A stretch of DNA of 64,000 bases from Propionicicella sp. (lineage in GTDB: Bacteria; Actinomycetota; Actinomycetes; Propionibacteriales; Propionibacteriaceae). Below are positions 42,767 through 53,763 of the stretch, piece by piece. The position numbers were made by a program, and so were the translations under genes. The stretch covers positions 21,323-85,322 of the forward strand of contig JBDHZK010000001.1 in NCBI GenBank assembly GCA_039811865.1. Reading direction: 5' to 3'. The notes under the pieces were generated by a model. That model was not told where the DNA came from, did not search any database, and saw only the letters and a list, made by a program, of their open reading frames with translations. How positions within the stretch are numbered: position 1 is the stretch's first letter; each line of letters opens with the position of its first letter.

Positions 42767-43195
42767 ATGTTCATGGGGCAGCACACGCCGAAGCTCGACG
42801 ACAAGGGCCGGTTCTTCCTGCCGGCGAAGTTTCGGGCGGAACTCGCCGACGGGGTCGTCATCACCAAGTCGCAGGAACGTTGCTTGGCGATCTACCCGGT
42901 CGGGGTGTACGCCGAAATCCTGCGCCGGGCGACCGCCGCGCCGACCGCCTTGAAGAAGGTGCGCGACTACCAGCGATACCTGGCCGCGCAAGCTTCGGAG
43001 GAGCGTCCGGACGCCCAAGGCCGGCTGACGATCCCGCCCATGCACCGCAGGTACGCGGGCTTGGTGAAGGACATCGCGGTCGTGGGTGCGGTCGACCGGC
43101 TGGAGGTTTGGGATCTGGACGCCTGGGAGGCCTACTCCGAGGCGAACGAGTCCGAGTTCGCCGATCTGAACGAGGAGGTCTTCCCGGGTCTGTGA
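42767..43195 (+). CDS. mraZ: Transcriptional regulator MraZ
   Basis: MFMGQHTPKLDDKGRFFLPAKFR plus a second SpoVT/AbrB-like half with DAQGRLTIP. First gene of the dcw cluster. Confidence 0.9.
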   Translation: MFMGQHTPKLDDKGRFFLPAKFRAELADGVVITKSQERCLAIYPVGVYAEILRRATAAPTALKKVRDYQRYLAAQASEERPDAQGRLTIPPMHRRYAGLVKDIAVVGAVDRLEVWDLDAWEAYSEANESEFADLNEEVFPGL

Positions 43196-43224
43196 TCCGG
43201 ATGACCGTCGCCGCCCACGCGCTG

Positions 43225-43309
43225 TGGCTTCAGCCTTCGGGGCCCGTCCCCCTGGCGCACCTTCCCCGGTGCCAGGTGGTCTTCCCCGGGATTCGAAGGC
43301 TGAAACCAG
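43225..43309 (+). ncRNA. Long imperfect hairpin in the mraZ-rsmH spacer, consistent with the actinobacterial mraW RNA motif
   Basis: Outer stem GGCTTCAGCCTTCG (43226-43239) pairs with CGAAGGCTGAAACC (43294-43307), 13/14 pairs. Inner pairings CGGGG/CCCCG and CCTGGC(gc)ACC/GGTGCCAGG. Located immediately 5' of rsmH (mraW). Confidence 0.5.
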
Positions 43310-43364
43310 AGTGCGCGGGCGTCGGTGAGCCGGCGCGCCGAAGGCGGCCGAGGTGAGGATCGAG

Positions 43365-44327
43365 ATGGACGAGCCGACCCGCCGGCCGGGGCATGTTCCC
43401 GTCCTGGAGGACCGGGTCGTCGAGCTCTTGGCTCCGGCACTCGCCGGGGCCGAGTCCGTTTATGTCGACTGCACGCTCGGTCTCGGTGGGCATGCGGAAG
43501 CGATCCTGAACCGTTGCCCGAACGCGTCTCTGATCGGCATCGATCGCGACCCGGCGGCCCTGGAGCGCGCGGGGCAGCGCCTGGCGCCCTTCGGTGACCG
43601 GGTCCGGCTGGTCGAGGCCGTGTACGACCGGCTGGGCGAGGTCCTGGCGGACGCCGGCAGGCCGCAGGTCCAGGCCGTCCTTCTCGACCTCGGGCTGTCA
43701 TCGCTGCAGATCGACGACCGCTCACGTGGCTTCGCCTACGCGACGGACGCCCCACTGGACATGCGGATGGGGACGACCGCCCGGACGGCCGCCGACGTGG
43801 TGAACACCTACAGTGCAGGCGAGCTGGCCCGCATCCTGCGCTGGTACGGCGAAGAACGCTTCGCCGACCGGATCGCTCGCCGGATCGTGGCCGAGCGAGC
43901 CGCGGAACCGTTCGCGTCGTCCGAGCGCCTGGTCCGGGTCCTGAGCGACGCCATCCCCGCGGCCGCCCGGCACAGCGGGGGACACCCGGCCAAGCGGACG
44001 TTCCAGGCGCTTCGGATCGAGGTGAACGCCGAGTTGGACGCCCTGGCCGGCGTCCTGCCGCAAGCCGTTGACGCGCTCGCCCTGGGCGGACGAATCGCCG
44101 TGCTGGCCTACCACTCGCTCGAGGATCGGCTGGTCAAGCAGGCGTTCCGGGCCGCTACCAGCGACCGGGCGCCGAGAGACCTGCCGGTCGTGCCGCGCGA
44201 GTTGCGCGCCCAGCTCCGGCTGTTGACCCGCGGGGCTGAGCGTCCGGGCGTCACGGAAGTCCAAACCAATCCGAGGGCCGCGTCGGCCCGGCTGCGCGCG
44301 GCAGAGCGTTTCGAGGAGGCGGCATGA
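43365..44327 (+). CDS. rsmH: 16S rRNA (cytosine1402-N4)-methyltransferase
   Basis: [14 protein letters not shown] and [16 protein letters not shown] motifs. ATG 43365 is preceded by GAGGA at 5 nt (the ORF track offers GTG 43353). Confidence 0.9.
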   Translation: MDEPTRRPGHVPVLEDRVVELLAPALAGAESVYVDCTLGLGGHAEAILNRCPNASLIGIDRDPAALERAGQRLAPFGDRVRLVEAVYDRLGEVLADAGRPQVQAVLLDLGLSSLQIDDRSRGFAYATDAPLDMRMGTTARTAADVVNTYSAGELARILRWYGEERFADRIARRIVAERAAEPFASSERLVRVLSDAIPAAARHSGGHPAKRTFQALRIEVNAELDALAGVLPQAVDALALGGRIAVLAYHSLEDRLVKQAFRAATSDRAPRDLPVVPRELRAQLRLLTRGAERPGVTEVQTNPRAASARLRAAERFEEAA

Positions 44328-44965
44328 GCTCGTTGTGGGCACCCCTGCGGGGACTGACCGATCGGCAGGAGCGGTCCCGGTTGCGGTTGCGCCTGCTCCG
44401 CAGCCCGGCGCGACGCCTGGCCCGCCTGCCGTTCCTGTTGGTCCTCGCCTCGATCCTCGCGGTCGGCATGATCGGCGTCCTGGTGCTGAACACCACCCTG
44501 CAGGACCAGGGCTTCCAGATGCGCGCCCTGCAGCGGCAGTCGACCGAGCTCGGCTATACCGAGGCCGACCTGAAGCTGCAGGTCGACCAGGCGCGCGCTC
44601 CCGAGGAGATCGGACGCCTGGCGTCCCGCTTGGGGATGCGGGCCAATACCCACGCGGTGTACGTCCAACTGCCCAGCGGAAAGATCCTCGGCACCCCCAC
44701 CCCCGTGTCGAGCGAGGACATGCCAAGCCTCGTGGTAAAGACCAAGGAGGAGGTCGACGCAGAGGCTCGCGCCCGCGCCGAAGCCGCCCAGCAGGCCAAG
44801 GCTCGGGCCAAGGCCGAAGCCGAAGCGAAGGCCAAAGCGGAAGCTGAAGCCAAGGCCAAGGCGGAGGCTGAGGCGAAGGCGAAAGCCGAAGCCGAGAAGA
44901 AGAAGCAGCAGGCCAGCGTGAAGCCCACGCCCAAGCCGAGCACGAAGAAGCCAGGAGGCCGTTGA
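44324..44965 (+). CDS. ftsL: FtsL-like septation protein with an Ala/Lys/Glu repeat tail
   Basis: Position between rsmH and ftsI. Basic N-terminus, one TM ([21 protein letters not shown]), a coiled-coil segment, then a KAEAEA-type low-complexity tail. Confidence 0.7.
   Translation: MSSLWAPLRGLTDRQERSRLRLRLLRSPARRLARLPFLLVLASILAVGMIGVLVLNTTLQDQGFQMRALQRQSTELGYTEADLKLQVDQARAPEEIGRLASRLGMRANTHAVYVQLPSGKILGTPTPVSSEDMPSLVVKTKEEVDAEARARAEAAQQAKARAKAEAEAKAKAEAEAKAKAEAEAKAKAEAEKKKQQASVKPTPKPSTKKPGGR
44762..44899 (+). repeat. In-frame GCC/AAG/GAA-rich low-complexity repeat encoding (A/K/E) repeats
   Basis: Encodes [46 protein letters not shown]. Confidence 0.8.
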
Positions 44966-46872
44966 TGCCGAACAGCGCCGGGCGCCGCCCCTCACCTCGG
45001 TCGGCGCGCGGGCCGCTGATCGGTGATCGGATCGCTGCCTACCTCAACGGTCGTCCCCAACCCCGCGGACGCCGCCGCGTCACCCGCCTGCCGCTGGCCG
45101 ACTCCGTGGGGCGCATCAGGATCGTGTTGTTGGCCCTCGCGATCCTGATCTCCCTGTGCGCCGGTCGGGCGTTGCAGGTCCAGGCATTCGACCCCGATGC
45201 GTACGCGGACGAGGCCGCGCGCGCGATCACGCAGTCGCAGGTGCTGCCCGCGATGCGCGGTCAGTTCACCGACCGGACCGGGCAGATCCTCGCCACCACA
45301 GTCCCGGCCGTCTCGATCATCGCCGACCCGGTGATGATCGCCACCAACGGCCGCAAATCCGACCAGATGAAGCCCTCGGACATCGAGTTCGCCAAGAACG
45401 CGCCGGGGCAGATCGCCGCGATTCTCGCCAAGCACATCGGAGGCACGCCGGAGCAGTATCTGGCCGCGCTGACCAAGCCCAATCTGCGCTACTCCATCGT
45501 TGCCAAGGGCGTGCCGTCCATTACTTACGAGGAAATCCGCAAGGACATCAGCGAAGGCAACCTGATCGGGATCTACCGCGAAGTCCACCCGTTGCGCACC
45601 TACCCGGGCAAGACCCTCGCGGCCAACGTGCTGGGCTTCGTGAACGCCGACGGCGTCGGCTCCGGTGGCCTGGAGTACTCGCTGAACAGCCAACTGGCCG
45701 GCACGGCGGGCCGGGAGATCTACACGAACTCACCGGACGGCCGGATCCCGCTCGGGTACAGCGTCGTCACCCCGGCGGTGAACGGCATCAACTACCAGTT
45801 GACGCTGGACGCCGAACTGCAGTGGATGGCCGAGCGCCGGATCGCCGACACCGTGGCCCAGACCCGAGCCAAGTCGGGCACGCTGATCGTCCTCAACGTG
45901 AAGACGGGCGAGATTCTTGCGATGGCGAACGCGCCCACCTTCGACCCGAACAACCCGTCGGCGGCCAAACCGGCCGCACTCGGCAACAACGCCATCACCA
46001 ACGCCTACGAGCCCGGCTCGGTGGAGAAGGTCCTGACGATGGCTGCGCTCGCCGACGCCGGCCTGGTGACCGCCGACACGCACGTGGAGGTGCCGGGCAG
46101 GATCGCGTCCGACGGCGGCTCCATCAAGGACGCCTGGCCGCACGACACGCTCTACCTGACGGCCCGCGGCGTGGTCGCCTACTCGTCCAACATCGGCACG
46201 CTGAAGCTGGCCCGCTCAATCGGGAAGGACAAGCTGCTCGACTACCTGAAGTCGTTCGGGCTCGGCGCCAAGACCGGGCTACCGCTGCCTGGCGAGGGGG
46301 CGGGGCAACTCCCGCCGGCGAGCATGCGCGATGGCGTCAAGGACCAGATCGCCTTCGGTCAGGGCCTCAGCGTGACGGCTATCCAGGAGGCGGCCGCCAT
46401 CGCCGGCATCGTGAACGGGGGCGTCTACAATCCGCCCTCGCTGATCAAGTCGGCCACCGACGGCGCCGGTAACCCGGTGGCGATCGCCAAGCCGCAACCC
46501 CGGCGAATCATCTCCCCGGAGGCTTCGGCGACGGTGCGAGACATGATGCAGGCGGTCGTGACCAGCGCTGCGGCCCACAAGATTTTCCCCATCGAGAACT
46601 TCCGCACCGGTGCCAAGTCGGGCACGGCCGAGAAGTTCCAGCAGTCGTGCCACTGCTACTCCGGCTACGTGACCTCGTTCATCGGCACAGGCCCGATCGA
46701 GGACCCGCAACTGCTCACCTACGTGGTGCTGGACGAGCCGGCAGAGGGTCAGCATCACGGCAGCATCAGCGCTTCCCCGGCATACCGGGACATCATGCGC
46801 ATCGCGCTGCCGCGCTACGGCGTGAAGCCCTCGGACGGGCCCGACATCGAACGCGAGATCACCTACGCCTGA
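44962..46872 (+). CDS. ftsI: Division-specific class B penicillin-binding protein (transpeptidase)
   Basis: TM anchor, PBP dimerisation region, and transpeptidase motifs SVEK (SxxK), SSN and KSGT. Confidence 0.9.
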   Translation: MMPNSAGRRPSPRSARGPLIGDRIAAYLNGRPQPRGRRRVTRLPLADSVGRIRIVLLALAILISLCAGRALQVQAFDPDAYADEAARAITQSQVLPAMRGQFTDRTGQILATTVPAVSIIADPVMIATNGRKSDQMKPSDIEFAKNAPGQIAAILAKHIGGTPEQYLAALTKPNLRYSIVAKGVPSITYEEIRKDISEGNLIGIYREVHPLRTYPGKTLAANVLGFVNADGVGSGGLEYSLNSQLAGTAGREIYTNSPDGRIPLGYSVVTPAVNGINYQLTLDAELQWMAERRIADTVAQTRAKSGTLIVLNVKTGEILAMANAPTFDPNNPSAAKPAALGNNAITNAYEPGSVEKVLTMAALADAGLVTADTHVEVPGRIASDGGSIKDAWPHDTLYLTARGVVAYSSNIGTLKLARSIGKDKLLDYLKSFGLGAKTGLPLPGEGAGQLPPASMRDGVKDQIAFGQGLSVTAIQEAAAIAGIVNGGVYNPPSLIKSATDGAGNPVAIAKPQPRRIISPEASATVRDMMQAVVTSAAAHKIFPIENFRTGAKSGTAEKFQQSCHCYSGYVTSFIGTGPIEDPQLLTYVVLDEPAEGQHHGSISASPAYRDIMRIALPRYGVKPSDGPDIEREITYA

Positions 46873-46918
46873 CCAAGTCCGGGCGCGGTTCGCGGGGAAG
46901 TAGATAGCGTGTCGAGCG

Positions 46919-48451
46919 ATGGATGACGTGAGCCCGACGATGCGCCCCACCGGCCTGGCCGGGGTGCGCTTTCGAGACCTGTTCGGGAGGGCTGTCGCCG
47001 CCGAGGCGGGGGATCCGATCGTCACCGGGGTGACGCTCGACTCTCGCCGGGTGCGACCAGGGGATCTCTACGTCGGCCTGCCTGGCCGCCTCACCCACGG
47101 GGCCCGATTCGCGGGGACGGCGCTTGCGGCCGGAGCGGTAGCGGTGCTGACCGACGCCGACGGCGCGGCCCAACTGGCCCCCGGAGTGGCCGTGGCCGTG
47201 GTCGGCGACCCGCGGCTGGCCATGGCCCAGGCTGCGGCAACGGTTTACGGTCGGCCGGCCGAGCGTCTGACGATGTTCGCGATCACGGGGACGAACGGAA
47301 AGACCAGCACCACGTTCATGGTGGAGGCCGGCCTGGCCGCGTCCGGCCGGGTGGCCGGAACATTGGGGACCCTCGGCTTTCGGCTGGACGGCCATGCCCT
47401 GGCCGCATCGAGGACCACCGTGACCACCCCGGAATCGTCCGACCTGCAGGCGATCCTGGCCGTCATGGAGCAGGGTGGAGCCTCTTGCGTGGTGATGGAG
47501 GTCTCCTCGCACGCATTGGCGATGGATCGGGTGGCCGGGGTCCGGTTCGACGTCGCCGCATTCACGATGCTCGGCCACGACCACCTCGACTTCCACCCGA
47601 GCATCGACGACTACTTCGAGGCCAAGGCAGCGCTGTTCGCCCCGGAGCGCACGCGGGTGGCGGTGGTGAACATCGACGATCGCTGGGGTGCGAAGCTGGC
47701 CGACCGCATCACGTCCCAAGGTGAGGTGCGCCTCTTCTCGACGAGCAACTCACGCCCGGCCGACTACCGGATCCGCGGCTGGCGGCCCCGCCCCGACGGA
47801 GGCAGCGACATCGACCTCGAAACCCCGCGAGGTGCCCTGCGCTTCGGCGTGGCGATGCCGGGCGAGTTCAACGTCCGCAACGCGGTGACCGCGCTGGCGA
47901 TGCTGGTGGCCGGCGGGGTTGAGCCGGCCGACGCCGTCCGTGGGCTCGAGTCCGCATCGGTCCCCGGCCGGATGCAACGAGTCGACTTGCCGGGCGGCCC
48001 GAACGTCGTCGTGGACTTCGCGCACACACCCGAGGCGGTGGCTGCGGCGCTGGCGGCGCTGCCTGGGCGCAAGGTCGCCGTGCTGGGCTGCGGGGGAGAC
48101 CGCGATGCGGCCAAACGCGGCCCGATGGGCGCAGTGGCGGTTCGGGGGGCAGACGTGGTCGTCGTGACGGACGACAACCCTCGCAGCGAGGACCCGCAGG
48201 CCATCCGCGCGGCCGTCCTGGCTGGGGCCAAGGCTGCGGCGACCAGGGGCCAGACGGTACTGGACGGCGGGGATCGCCGCTCCGCGATCACCACTGCGCT
48301 CGGCCTGGCCCGGCGCGGCGATTGGGTCGCGATCCTGGGAAAGGGCCATGAGCAAGGCCAGCAGATCGGGGACACCACCCTGCCGTTCGACGACGTGCGG
48401 GTAGTGGGGGAGCAGTGGGCGGGGATGGCCGGCCCGGAAGGGGGTCAGTGA
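46919..48451 (+). CDS. murE: UDP-N-acetylmuramoyl-L-alanyl-D-glutamate--2,6-diaminopimelate ligase
   Basis: Mur ligase P-loop ITGTNGKTST, DNPR motif (TDDNPRSEDP), dcw position. Confidence 0.9.
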   Translation: MDDVSPTMRPTGLAGVRFRDLFGRAVAAEAGDPIVTGVTLDSRRVRPGDLYVGLPGRLTHGARFAGTALAAGAVAVLTDADGAAQLAPGVAVAVVGDPRLAMAQAAATVYGRPAERLTMFAITGTNGKTSTTFMVEAGLAASGRVAGTLGTLGFRLDGHALAASRTTVTTPESSDLQAILAVMEQGGASCVVMEVSSHALAMDRVAGVRFDVAAFTMLGHDHLDFHPSIDDYFEAKAALFAPERTRVAVVNIDDRWGAKLADRITSQGEVRLFSTSNSRPADYRIRGWRPRPDGGSDIDLETPRGALRFGVAMPGEFNVRNAVTALAMLVAGGVEPADAVRGLESASVPGRMQRVDLPGGPNVVVDFAHTPEAVAAALAALPGRKVAVLGCGGDRDAAKRGPMGAVAVRGADVVVVTDDNPRSEDPQAIRAAVLAGAKAAATRGQTVLDGGDRRSAITTALGLARRGDWVAILGKGHEQGQQIGDTTLPFDDVRVVGEQWAGMAGPEGGQ

Positions 48452-49887
48452 TGGACCTACTTACCGCTGGCCAGGTCGCGAACCTGGCCGAGGGCTACGT
48501 CCATCCACCCGCTGCGGACGACGCGGCCACCGGCCCGGGCGTGGTGATCGATTCGCGACAAGCCGACGCCGGAGCCCTGTTCGTGGCGCTCCCCGGGGAG
48601 CGCGTCGACGGACACGACTTCGTCGCGGCGGCCGCCGCGGCCGGAGCGGGTGCGGCGCTGGTCACGCGGGTGCTGGACGCCCCGATCCCCCAGATCGTGG
48701 TGCCCGACTCGGTGCGGGGGTTGAGCGCTTTGGCCCGCGGACTGGTGCGGCGCGCCGAGCCCGGACTGTGCGTCCTCGGCATCACCGGGTCGTCCGGGAA
48801 GACGAGCACCAAGGACCTACTGGCCCAGGTGCTCGAGGACGCCGGTGCCACGGTCTCGCCGGCCGGATCGTTCAACAACGAGATCGGCGTCCCCTTGACC
48901 GCCTGCCAGGTGGACGCCTCAACGCGCTTCCTGGTGTCCGAGCTGGGGGCCCGGGGCATCGGCCACATCGCTTGGCTGTGCTCGATCGTCCGACCGCGGG
49001 TGGGCGTCGTCCTGAACGTTGGGCATGCCCACCTGGGCGAGTTCGGGGACGTCGCCACGATCGCGCGGGCCAAGGGTGAACTCGTGGAATCGCTGCCCGC
49101 CGACGGCTGGGCGGTGCTCAACGCCGACGACGCCCACGTGTCAGCGATGGCCGGCAGGACGGCGGCCAAGGTCGCGCTCTTTTCGTCGCGTGGGCGTCCC
49201 GCCGCGGCCGCCGACCGGCTCGTCTGGGCCGATGACGTCACGGCCGACGACCTGCAGCGCCATTCGTTCACGCTCTGGACCGCTAGTGGCCCGAGCGTGG
49301 CCGGGCCGGCACCGGTCAGTTTGCGCGTCCTGGGTCAGCACGCGGTCGCGAATGCCTTGGCAGCGGCCGCCGCGGCGCTGTGCGCGGACGTCGCCCTGCC
49401 GGCCGTGGCTGCGTCACTGAGCGCGGCCGAGCCGAGGTCGCGCTGGCGCATGGAGATCGTCGAGCGTCGCGACGGGGTCGCGATCCTGAACGACTCGTAC
49501 AACGCCAACCCCGATTCCATGGCGGCCGCACTCGACACGCTGGCGCAGGTGGGACGCGCCCGACGTCGGACGCACCCGCGGGCGCGAACGGTCGCCGTCC
49601 TGGGCGACATGCTCGAACTCGGGGCGGCTGCCGCAGCAGAGCACCGCACCATCGGGGCCCTGGCGGCGATCTTGGGCGTCGACGAAGTGGTGGGAGTGGG
49701 CGAGTTCGGCCCCGAACTGGTGGCGGGCACTGCGGAAGGCACAACCCGTGGGCAGGCCGTCGGGGCCAAATCCGATGTGGCAGGGTACCTGGCTGGGAGG
49801 CTGAACCCGGGTGATGTGGTCCTGGTCAAGGCGTCGCGCGGCCTCGCACTGAACACGGTCGCGGACGACCTGCTGGCCGCGGGCTGA
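48451..49887 (+). CDS. murF: UDP-N-acetylmuramoyl-tripeptide--D-alanyl-D-alanine ligase
   Basis: ITGSSGKTSTKD P-loop and Mur ligase C-terminal domain. TGATG overlap with the murE stop. Confidence 0.9.
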   Translation: MDLLTAGQVANLAEGYVHPPAADDAATGPGVVIDSRQADAGALFVALPGERVDGHDFVAAAAAAGAGAALVTRVLDAPIPQIVVPDSVRGLSALARGLVRRAEPGLCVLGITGSSGKTSTKDLLAQVLEDAGATVSPAGSFNNEIGVPLTACQVDASTRFLVSELGARGIGHIAWLCSIVRPRVGVVLNVGHAHLGEFGDVATIARAKGELVESLPADGWAVLNADDAHVSAMAGRTAAKVALFSSRGRPAAAADRLVWADDVTADDLQRHSFTLWTASGPSVAGPAPVSLRVLGQHAVANALAAAAAALCADVALPAVAASLSAAEPRSRWRMEIVERRDGVAILNDSYNANPDSMAAALDTLAQVGRARRRTHPRARTVAVLGDMLELGAAAAAEHRTIGALAAILGVDEVVGVGEFGPELVAGTAEGTTRGQAVGAKSDVAGYLAGRLNPGDVVLVKASRGLALNTVADDLLAAG

Positions 49888-49901
49888 AGGGGAGACGGGC
49901 G

Positions 49902-50972
49902 ATGAAGACCATCCTGTTGGGCGGCGGCCTGGCCATGCTGGGCACGCTGCTTGGGACGCGGGTAGCGATCGGCTTGCTCGTCAAGCGGGGCTACGGTCAG
50001 TTCATCCGAGACGACGGGCCGACGTCCCATCACACCAAGCGCGGCACCCCGACCATGGGCGGCATCGTCATCATCGTGGCTGTGGTGCTCGCGTACGCGA
50101 TCGCACACCTGGCGACCTGGCGTCCCCCGACCTACCCGGCGATCCTGGTCCTGTTCTTGTTCGTCGGCCTGGGCGGGGTCGGTTTTGTGGACGACTGGAT
50201 CAAAATCTCCAAGGCCCGTTCGCTCGGCCTCGGGAGCAAGGCCAAGCTCGCGGGCCAGATCGGCGTCGGGGTGGTCTTCGGGACGCTGGCCCTGATGTTC
50301 CCGAACGAACGCGGCATCACCCCGGCTAGTTCGTTCGTCTCGTTCCTACGCGATCTGCAGTTCTTGCCGCTCCTCCCTGTCTTGGCCGTGGCCTGGATCA
50401 CGTTGTTGGCGACCGGATTTTCCAACGCGGTCAACCTGACCGATGGCCTGGACGGTCTGGCCACCGGCGCATCCACCACCGTCTTCGCCGCCTACGGGCT
50501 GGTCGGGATCTGGCAGTACAACCAGTCGTGTGCCTCGATCTCCACGATCTCGGCGCGCTGCTATGAGGTCCGAGATCCCCATGACCTGGCCGTGGTGGCG
50601 ATGTCGCTGGCCGGCGCGTGTTTCGGTTTCCTGTGGTGGAACGCCAAGCCGGCCAAGATCTTCATGGGCGACACCGGCTCACTGTCCTTGGGCGGGGCGA
50701 TGGCCGGGCTGGCGGTCTGCACCCGGACGGAGCTGCTGCTGATCGTGCTCGGCGGCCTGTTCGTCATCATCACGTTGTCGGTGATGCTTCAGGTTGGCTG
50801 GTTCAAGTTGTCCAAGGGCAAACGTCTGTTCAAGATGGCACCGCTGCAGCATCACTTCGAGATGATCGGCTGGCAAGAAGTGACCATCGTGATCCGCTTC
50901 TGGATCATCGCGGGGCTGTGCGCCAGCGTGGGGATGGGGATCTTCTACGCCGAATGGGTGGTCGGGCAGTGA
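49902..50972 (+). CDS. mraY: Phospho-N-acetylmuramoyl-pentapeptide transferase
   Basis: [22 protein letters not shown] and MGDTGSL motifs, 10 TM. Confidence 0.95.
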   Translation: MKTILLGGGLAMLGTLLGTRVAIGLLVKRGYGQFIRDDGPTSHHTKRGTPTMGGIVIIVAVVLAYAIAHLATWRPPTYPAILVLFLFVGLGGVGFVDDWIKISKARSLGLGSKAKLAGQIGVGVVFGTLALMFPNERGITPASSFVSFLRDLQFLPLLPVLAVAWITLLATGFSNAVNLTDGLDGLATGASTTVFAAYGLVGIWQYNQSCASISTISARCYEVRDPHDLAVVAMSLAGACFGFLWWNAKPAKIFMGDTGSLSLGGAMAGLAVCTRTELLLIVLGGLFVIITLSVMLQVGWFKLSKGKRLFKMAPLQHHFEMIGWQEVTIVIRFWIIAGLCASVGMGIFYAEWVVGQ

Positions 50973-52462
50973 ACGCCGGCGCTTGGCTGGCCAAGGCGGA
51001 TCGGTTGTCGCCGTGGCCGCAGGCGCGGGTCGTCGTCGCCGGTCTGGGGACCTCCGGGTTCGCCGCGGCGGACGGCCTGCTCGAACTCGGCGCACGCGTG
51101 CTCGTCCTCGACGACGCGGACACCCCCGCCAACCGTGACAAGGCGACGCTCCTGGAGCATCTGGATGCGGCCGTCCGGCTGGGGCCAGGCTCGACGGCCG
51201 AACTGCCCGCCGACGTCGACCTGGTCGTGACCTCGCCGGGCTGGCTACCGACGACTCCGCTTCTGGCGCAGGCGGCCAGCCGCGGGATTCCCATTTGGGG
51301 TGAGGTCGAACTCGCTTGGCGGCTCTCCCAGCCCGATCGGGTCGTCCCGTGGCTGGCCGTCACGGGCACAAACGGCAAGACCACGACCACGCAGATGCTC
51401 GAATCGATGCTGCGAGCGGCTGGGCTGACAACGTCCGCCGTCGGCAACGTGGGTCGTCCCATCATGGAGGCGGTCTTGGACGACGTCACCTACGACGTCC
51501 TCGCGGTGGAACTGTCCAGCTTCCAACTGCACTGGTCGCACAGCCTCGCTCTGCACTCGGCGGCGGTTCTGAACCTGCAGCCCGACCATCTGGAGTGGTA
51601 CGCGGAGCCGGCCGGCTGGTCGGTCGCCGCGGACGATCCGATGGCGGCCTACGCCGCTGACAAGGCGACGATCTATTCGCGCGTGACGCACTCGGCCATT
51701 TACAACGTCGCCGATCCGGCCACGCTGAAGATGGTTGAGGACGCGGAGGTGACCGAGGGTGCTCGGGCGATCGGGTTCACCCTGGGCATCCCCAAGGTGG
51801 CCGAGTTGGGCGTCGTGGACGACCTGATCGTAGACCGGGCCTTCATCCCCCAGCGCCGCGACTCCGCCCTGGAGTTGGCCAAGCTGAGTGACGTCGTCCC
51901 CTTTGCGCCGCACAACGTCGAGAACGCGTTGGCGGCAGCCGCGCTGGCCAGGTCCTTCGGCGTCCCGGCGACCGCGGTGGCGCAGGGCCTCCACGATTTG
52001 AAGCTGGGCGGCCACCGGATTCAGACGGTCGGCGAAGTCGGCGGCGTCAAGTACGTGGACGATTCCAAGGCCACCAACCCGCACGCCGCGCAGTCTTCGC
52101 TACGGGCTTTCGAGTCGGTGGTTTGGATCGCCGGCGGACAGGCCAAAGGCACGACTTTCGACGACCTGGTCGCGGCCAACGCGGCCAAGCTGCGTGGGGC
52201 AGTGCTCTTCGGTATCGACCGGCAGGTCGTTGCGCAGGCTCTCGCCCGACACGCACCCGAGGTCCCGGTGATCGTCCTCGACTCGACCGACACTGGAACC
52301 ATGGGACGGGCGGTAGCCGCCGCGGCATCCCTGGCTCGGCCGGGGGACGTGGTGCTCCTGGCTCCCGGCTGTGCCAGCAAGGACATGTTCGTCGATTACG
52401 GCGCTCGCGGTGATGCCTTCGCCGCCGCGGTCGACGCGATGCAGACAGACGGTCAGCGTTAG
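50969..52462 (+). CDS. murD: UDP-N-acetylmuramoylalanine--D-glutamate ligase
   Basis: Start set at GTG 50969 (GTGA overlap with the mraY stop). [10 protein letters not shown] Rossmann N-terminus, [12 protein letters not shown]-loop. Confidence 0.9.
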   Translation: MNAGAWLAKADRLSPWPQARVVVAGLGTSGFAAADGLLELGARVLVLDDADTPANRDKATLLEHLDAAVRLGPGSTAELPADVDLVVTSPGWLPTTPLLAQAASRGIPIWGEVELAWRLSQPDRVVPWLAVTGTNGKTTTTQMLESMLRAAGLTTSAVGNVGRPIMEAVLDDVTYDVLAVELSSFQLHWSHSLALHSAAVLNLQPDHLEWYAEPAGWSVAADDPMAAYAADKATIYSRVTHSAIYNVADPATLKMVEDAEVTEGARAIGFTLGIPKVAELGVVDDLIVDRAFIPQRRDSALELAKLSDVVPFAPHNVENALAAAALARSFGVPATAVAQGLHDLKLGGHRIQTVGEVGGVKYVDDSKATNPHAAQSSLRAFESVVWIAGGQAKGTTFDDLVAANAAKLRGAVLFGIDRQVVAQALARHAPEVPVIVLDSTDTGTMGRAVAAAASLARPGDVVLLAPGCASKDMFVDYGARGDAFAAAVDAMQTDGQR

Positions 52463-52472
52463 GAGTTACCCG

Positions 52473-53750
52473 GTGGCGATCCTCACCCCGAACAAGCCGG
52501 TCGCCGGAAATCCGAGGGGGATCGCGAAGGGTTTGGCCGACCGGGTGGGTTTCGTCGGCCAGATGCTGAGCCGGCCGCTGGCCAGTTACTACCTGGTGCT
52601 GATCTCTTCGGTGCTCCTGCTCTCGCTTGGCATGGTGATGGTGCTCTCCGCGTCCAGCGTCTTCGCCTCGCTCACCGAGAAAGACTCCTACTACTACGCC
52701 AAACGTCAGGTCGTGTTCCTGGTCGCCGGGTTCTTGGCGGCCTGGTGGATCGCCCGCACCAAACCTTCCGTACTGCGGGGGCTGGGCTGGATCGGCATCG
52801 GCGTCTCGTTCGTGCTCCTGCTCCTGACGTTCACGCCTCTGGGCTACGACGCCGGCAAGGGGAATCAGAACTGGGTGCAGTTCGGGACGTCGCTGTTCCG
52901 GATCCAGCCGTCGGAGTTCGCGAAGCTGGCCATCATCGTGTGGGGGGCCGACATCCTTTCTCGCAAGGACAAGCTGCTGGATCAGCCACGGCACCTGCTG
53001 GTTCCGTTCGTGCCGGTCAGCGGGGTCCTGATCGGTCTGGTGATCCTGCAGAAGGACCTCGGTACCGCGATGGTCATGGGGGCGATCCTGGTCGCGATCT
53101 TGTGGATGGTGGGTGCGCCCTGGCGCGTTCTGGGTGGCCTGGGTGGCGTGGTGGCCGTCGCGGTGGCCGGGCTCGTCCTGAGCAGCGGCAACCGGATGGG
53201 CCGCATCCTCGGATTCATGAACCCGGACTCCAACCTGGACGGCGTCAACCAGCAGCCGCTGCGGGGTATCTACGCCCTGGCGTCCGGGGGCTGGTTCGGT
53301 CTCGGCCTGGGCGCCAGCCGGCAGAAGTGGGGCATGCTGGTCGAGGCGCATACCGACTATGTGTTTGCGATCATCGGCGAGGAGATGGGGTTGTTCGGGA
53401 CGTTGGCCGTCCTCGCCCTGTTCCTCACCCTCGGCTACGCCGGACTGCGTATCGCGCTGCGCTCCGATCAGTTGTTCTGCCGCTACGCCTCGGCCGGGGT
53501 CACGGCCTGGTTCATGATCCAGGCGCTGGTCAACGTGGCCGTCGTGCTGCGCCTGATCCCGGTCCTGGGTGTCCCCCTGCCGCTGGTTTCGTACGGCGGC
53601 TCGGCCCTTCTGGCTAACCTGTGCGCGTTGGGCGTGTTGATCTCGTGTGCCAGACAGGAGCCGGCCGCCCGCCGCCTATTGGAGAAGCGCAAAGGCAAGG
53701 GCCCGAAACCGCGGTTGACCACCGTGATCGAACGCCGCCGCCGCGCCTGA
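52473..53750 (+). CDS. ftsW: SEDS-family peptidoglycan glycosyltransferase FtsW
   Basis: Start set at GTG 52473 (GGAG upstream, after the murD stop). PSEFAKLA, TDYVFAIIGEE, and a polytopic membrane protein. Confidence 0.9.
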   Translation: MAILTPNKPVAGNPRGIAKGLADRVGFVGQMLSRPLASYYLVLISSVLLLSLGMVMVLSASSVFASLTEKDSYYYAKRQVVFLVAGFLAAWWIARTKPSVLRGLGWIGIGVSFVLLLLTFTPLGYDAGKGNQNWVQFGTSLFRIQPSEFAKLAIIVWGADILSRKDKLLDQPRHLLVPFVPVSGVLIGLVILQKDLGTAMVMGAILVAILWMVGAPWRVLGGLGGVVAVAVAGLVLSSGNRMGRILGFMNPDSNLDGVNQQPLRGIYALASGGWFGLGLGASRQKWGMLVEAHTDYVFAIIGEEMGLFGTLAVLALFLTLGYAGLRIALRSDQLFCRYASAGVTAWFMIQALVNVAVVLRLIPVLGVPLPLVSYGGSALLANLCALGVLISCARQEPAARRLLEKRKGKGPKPRLTTVIERRRRA

Positions 53751-53763
53751 GCGGAGGAATCGC

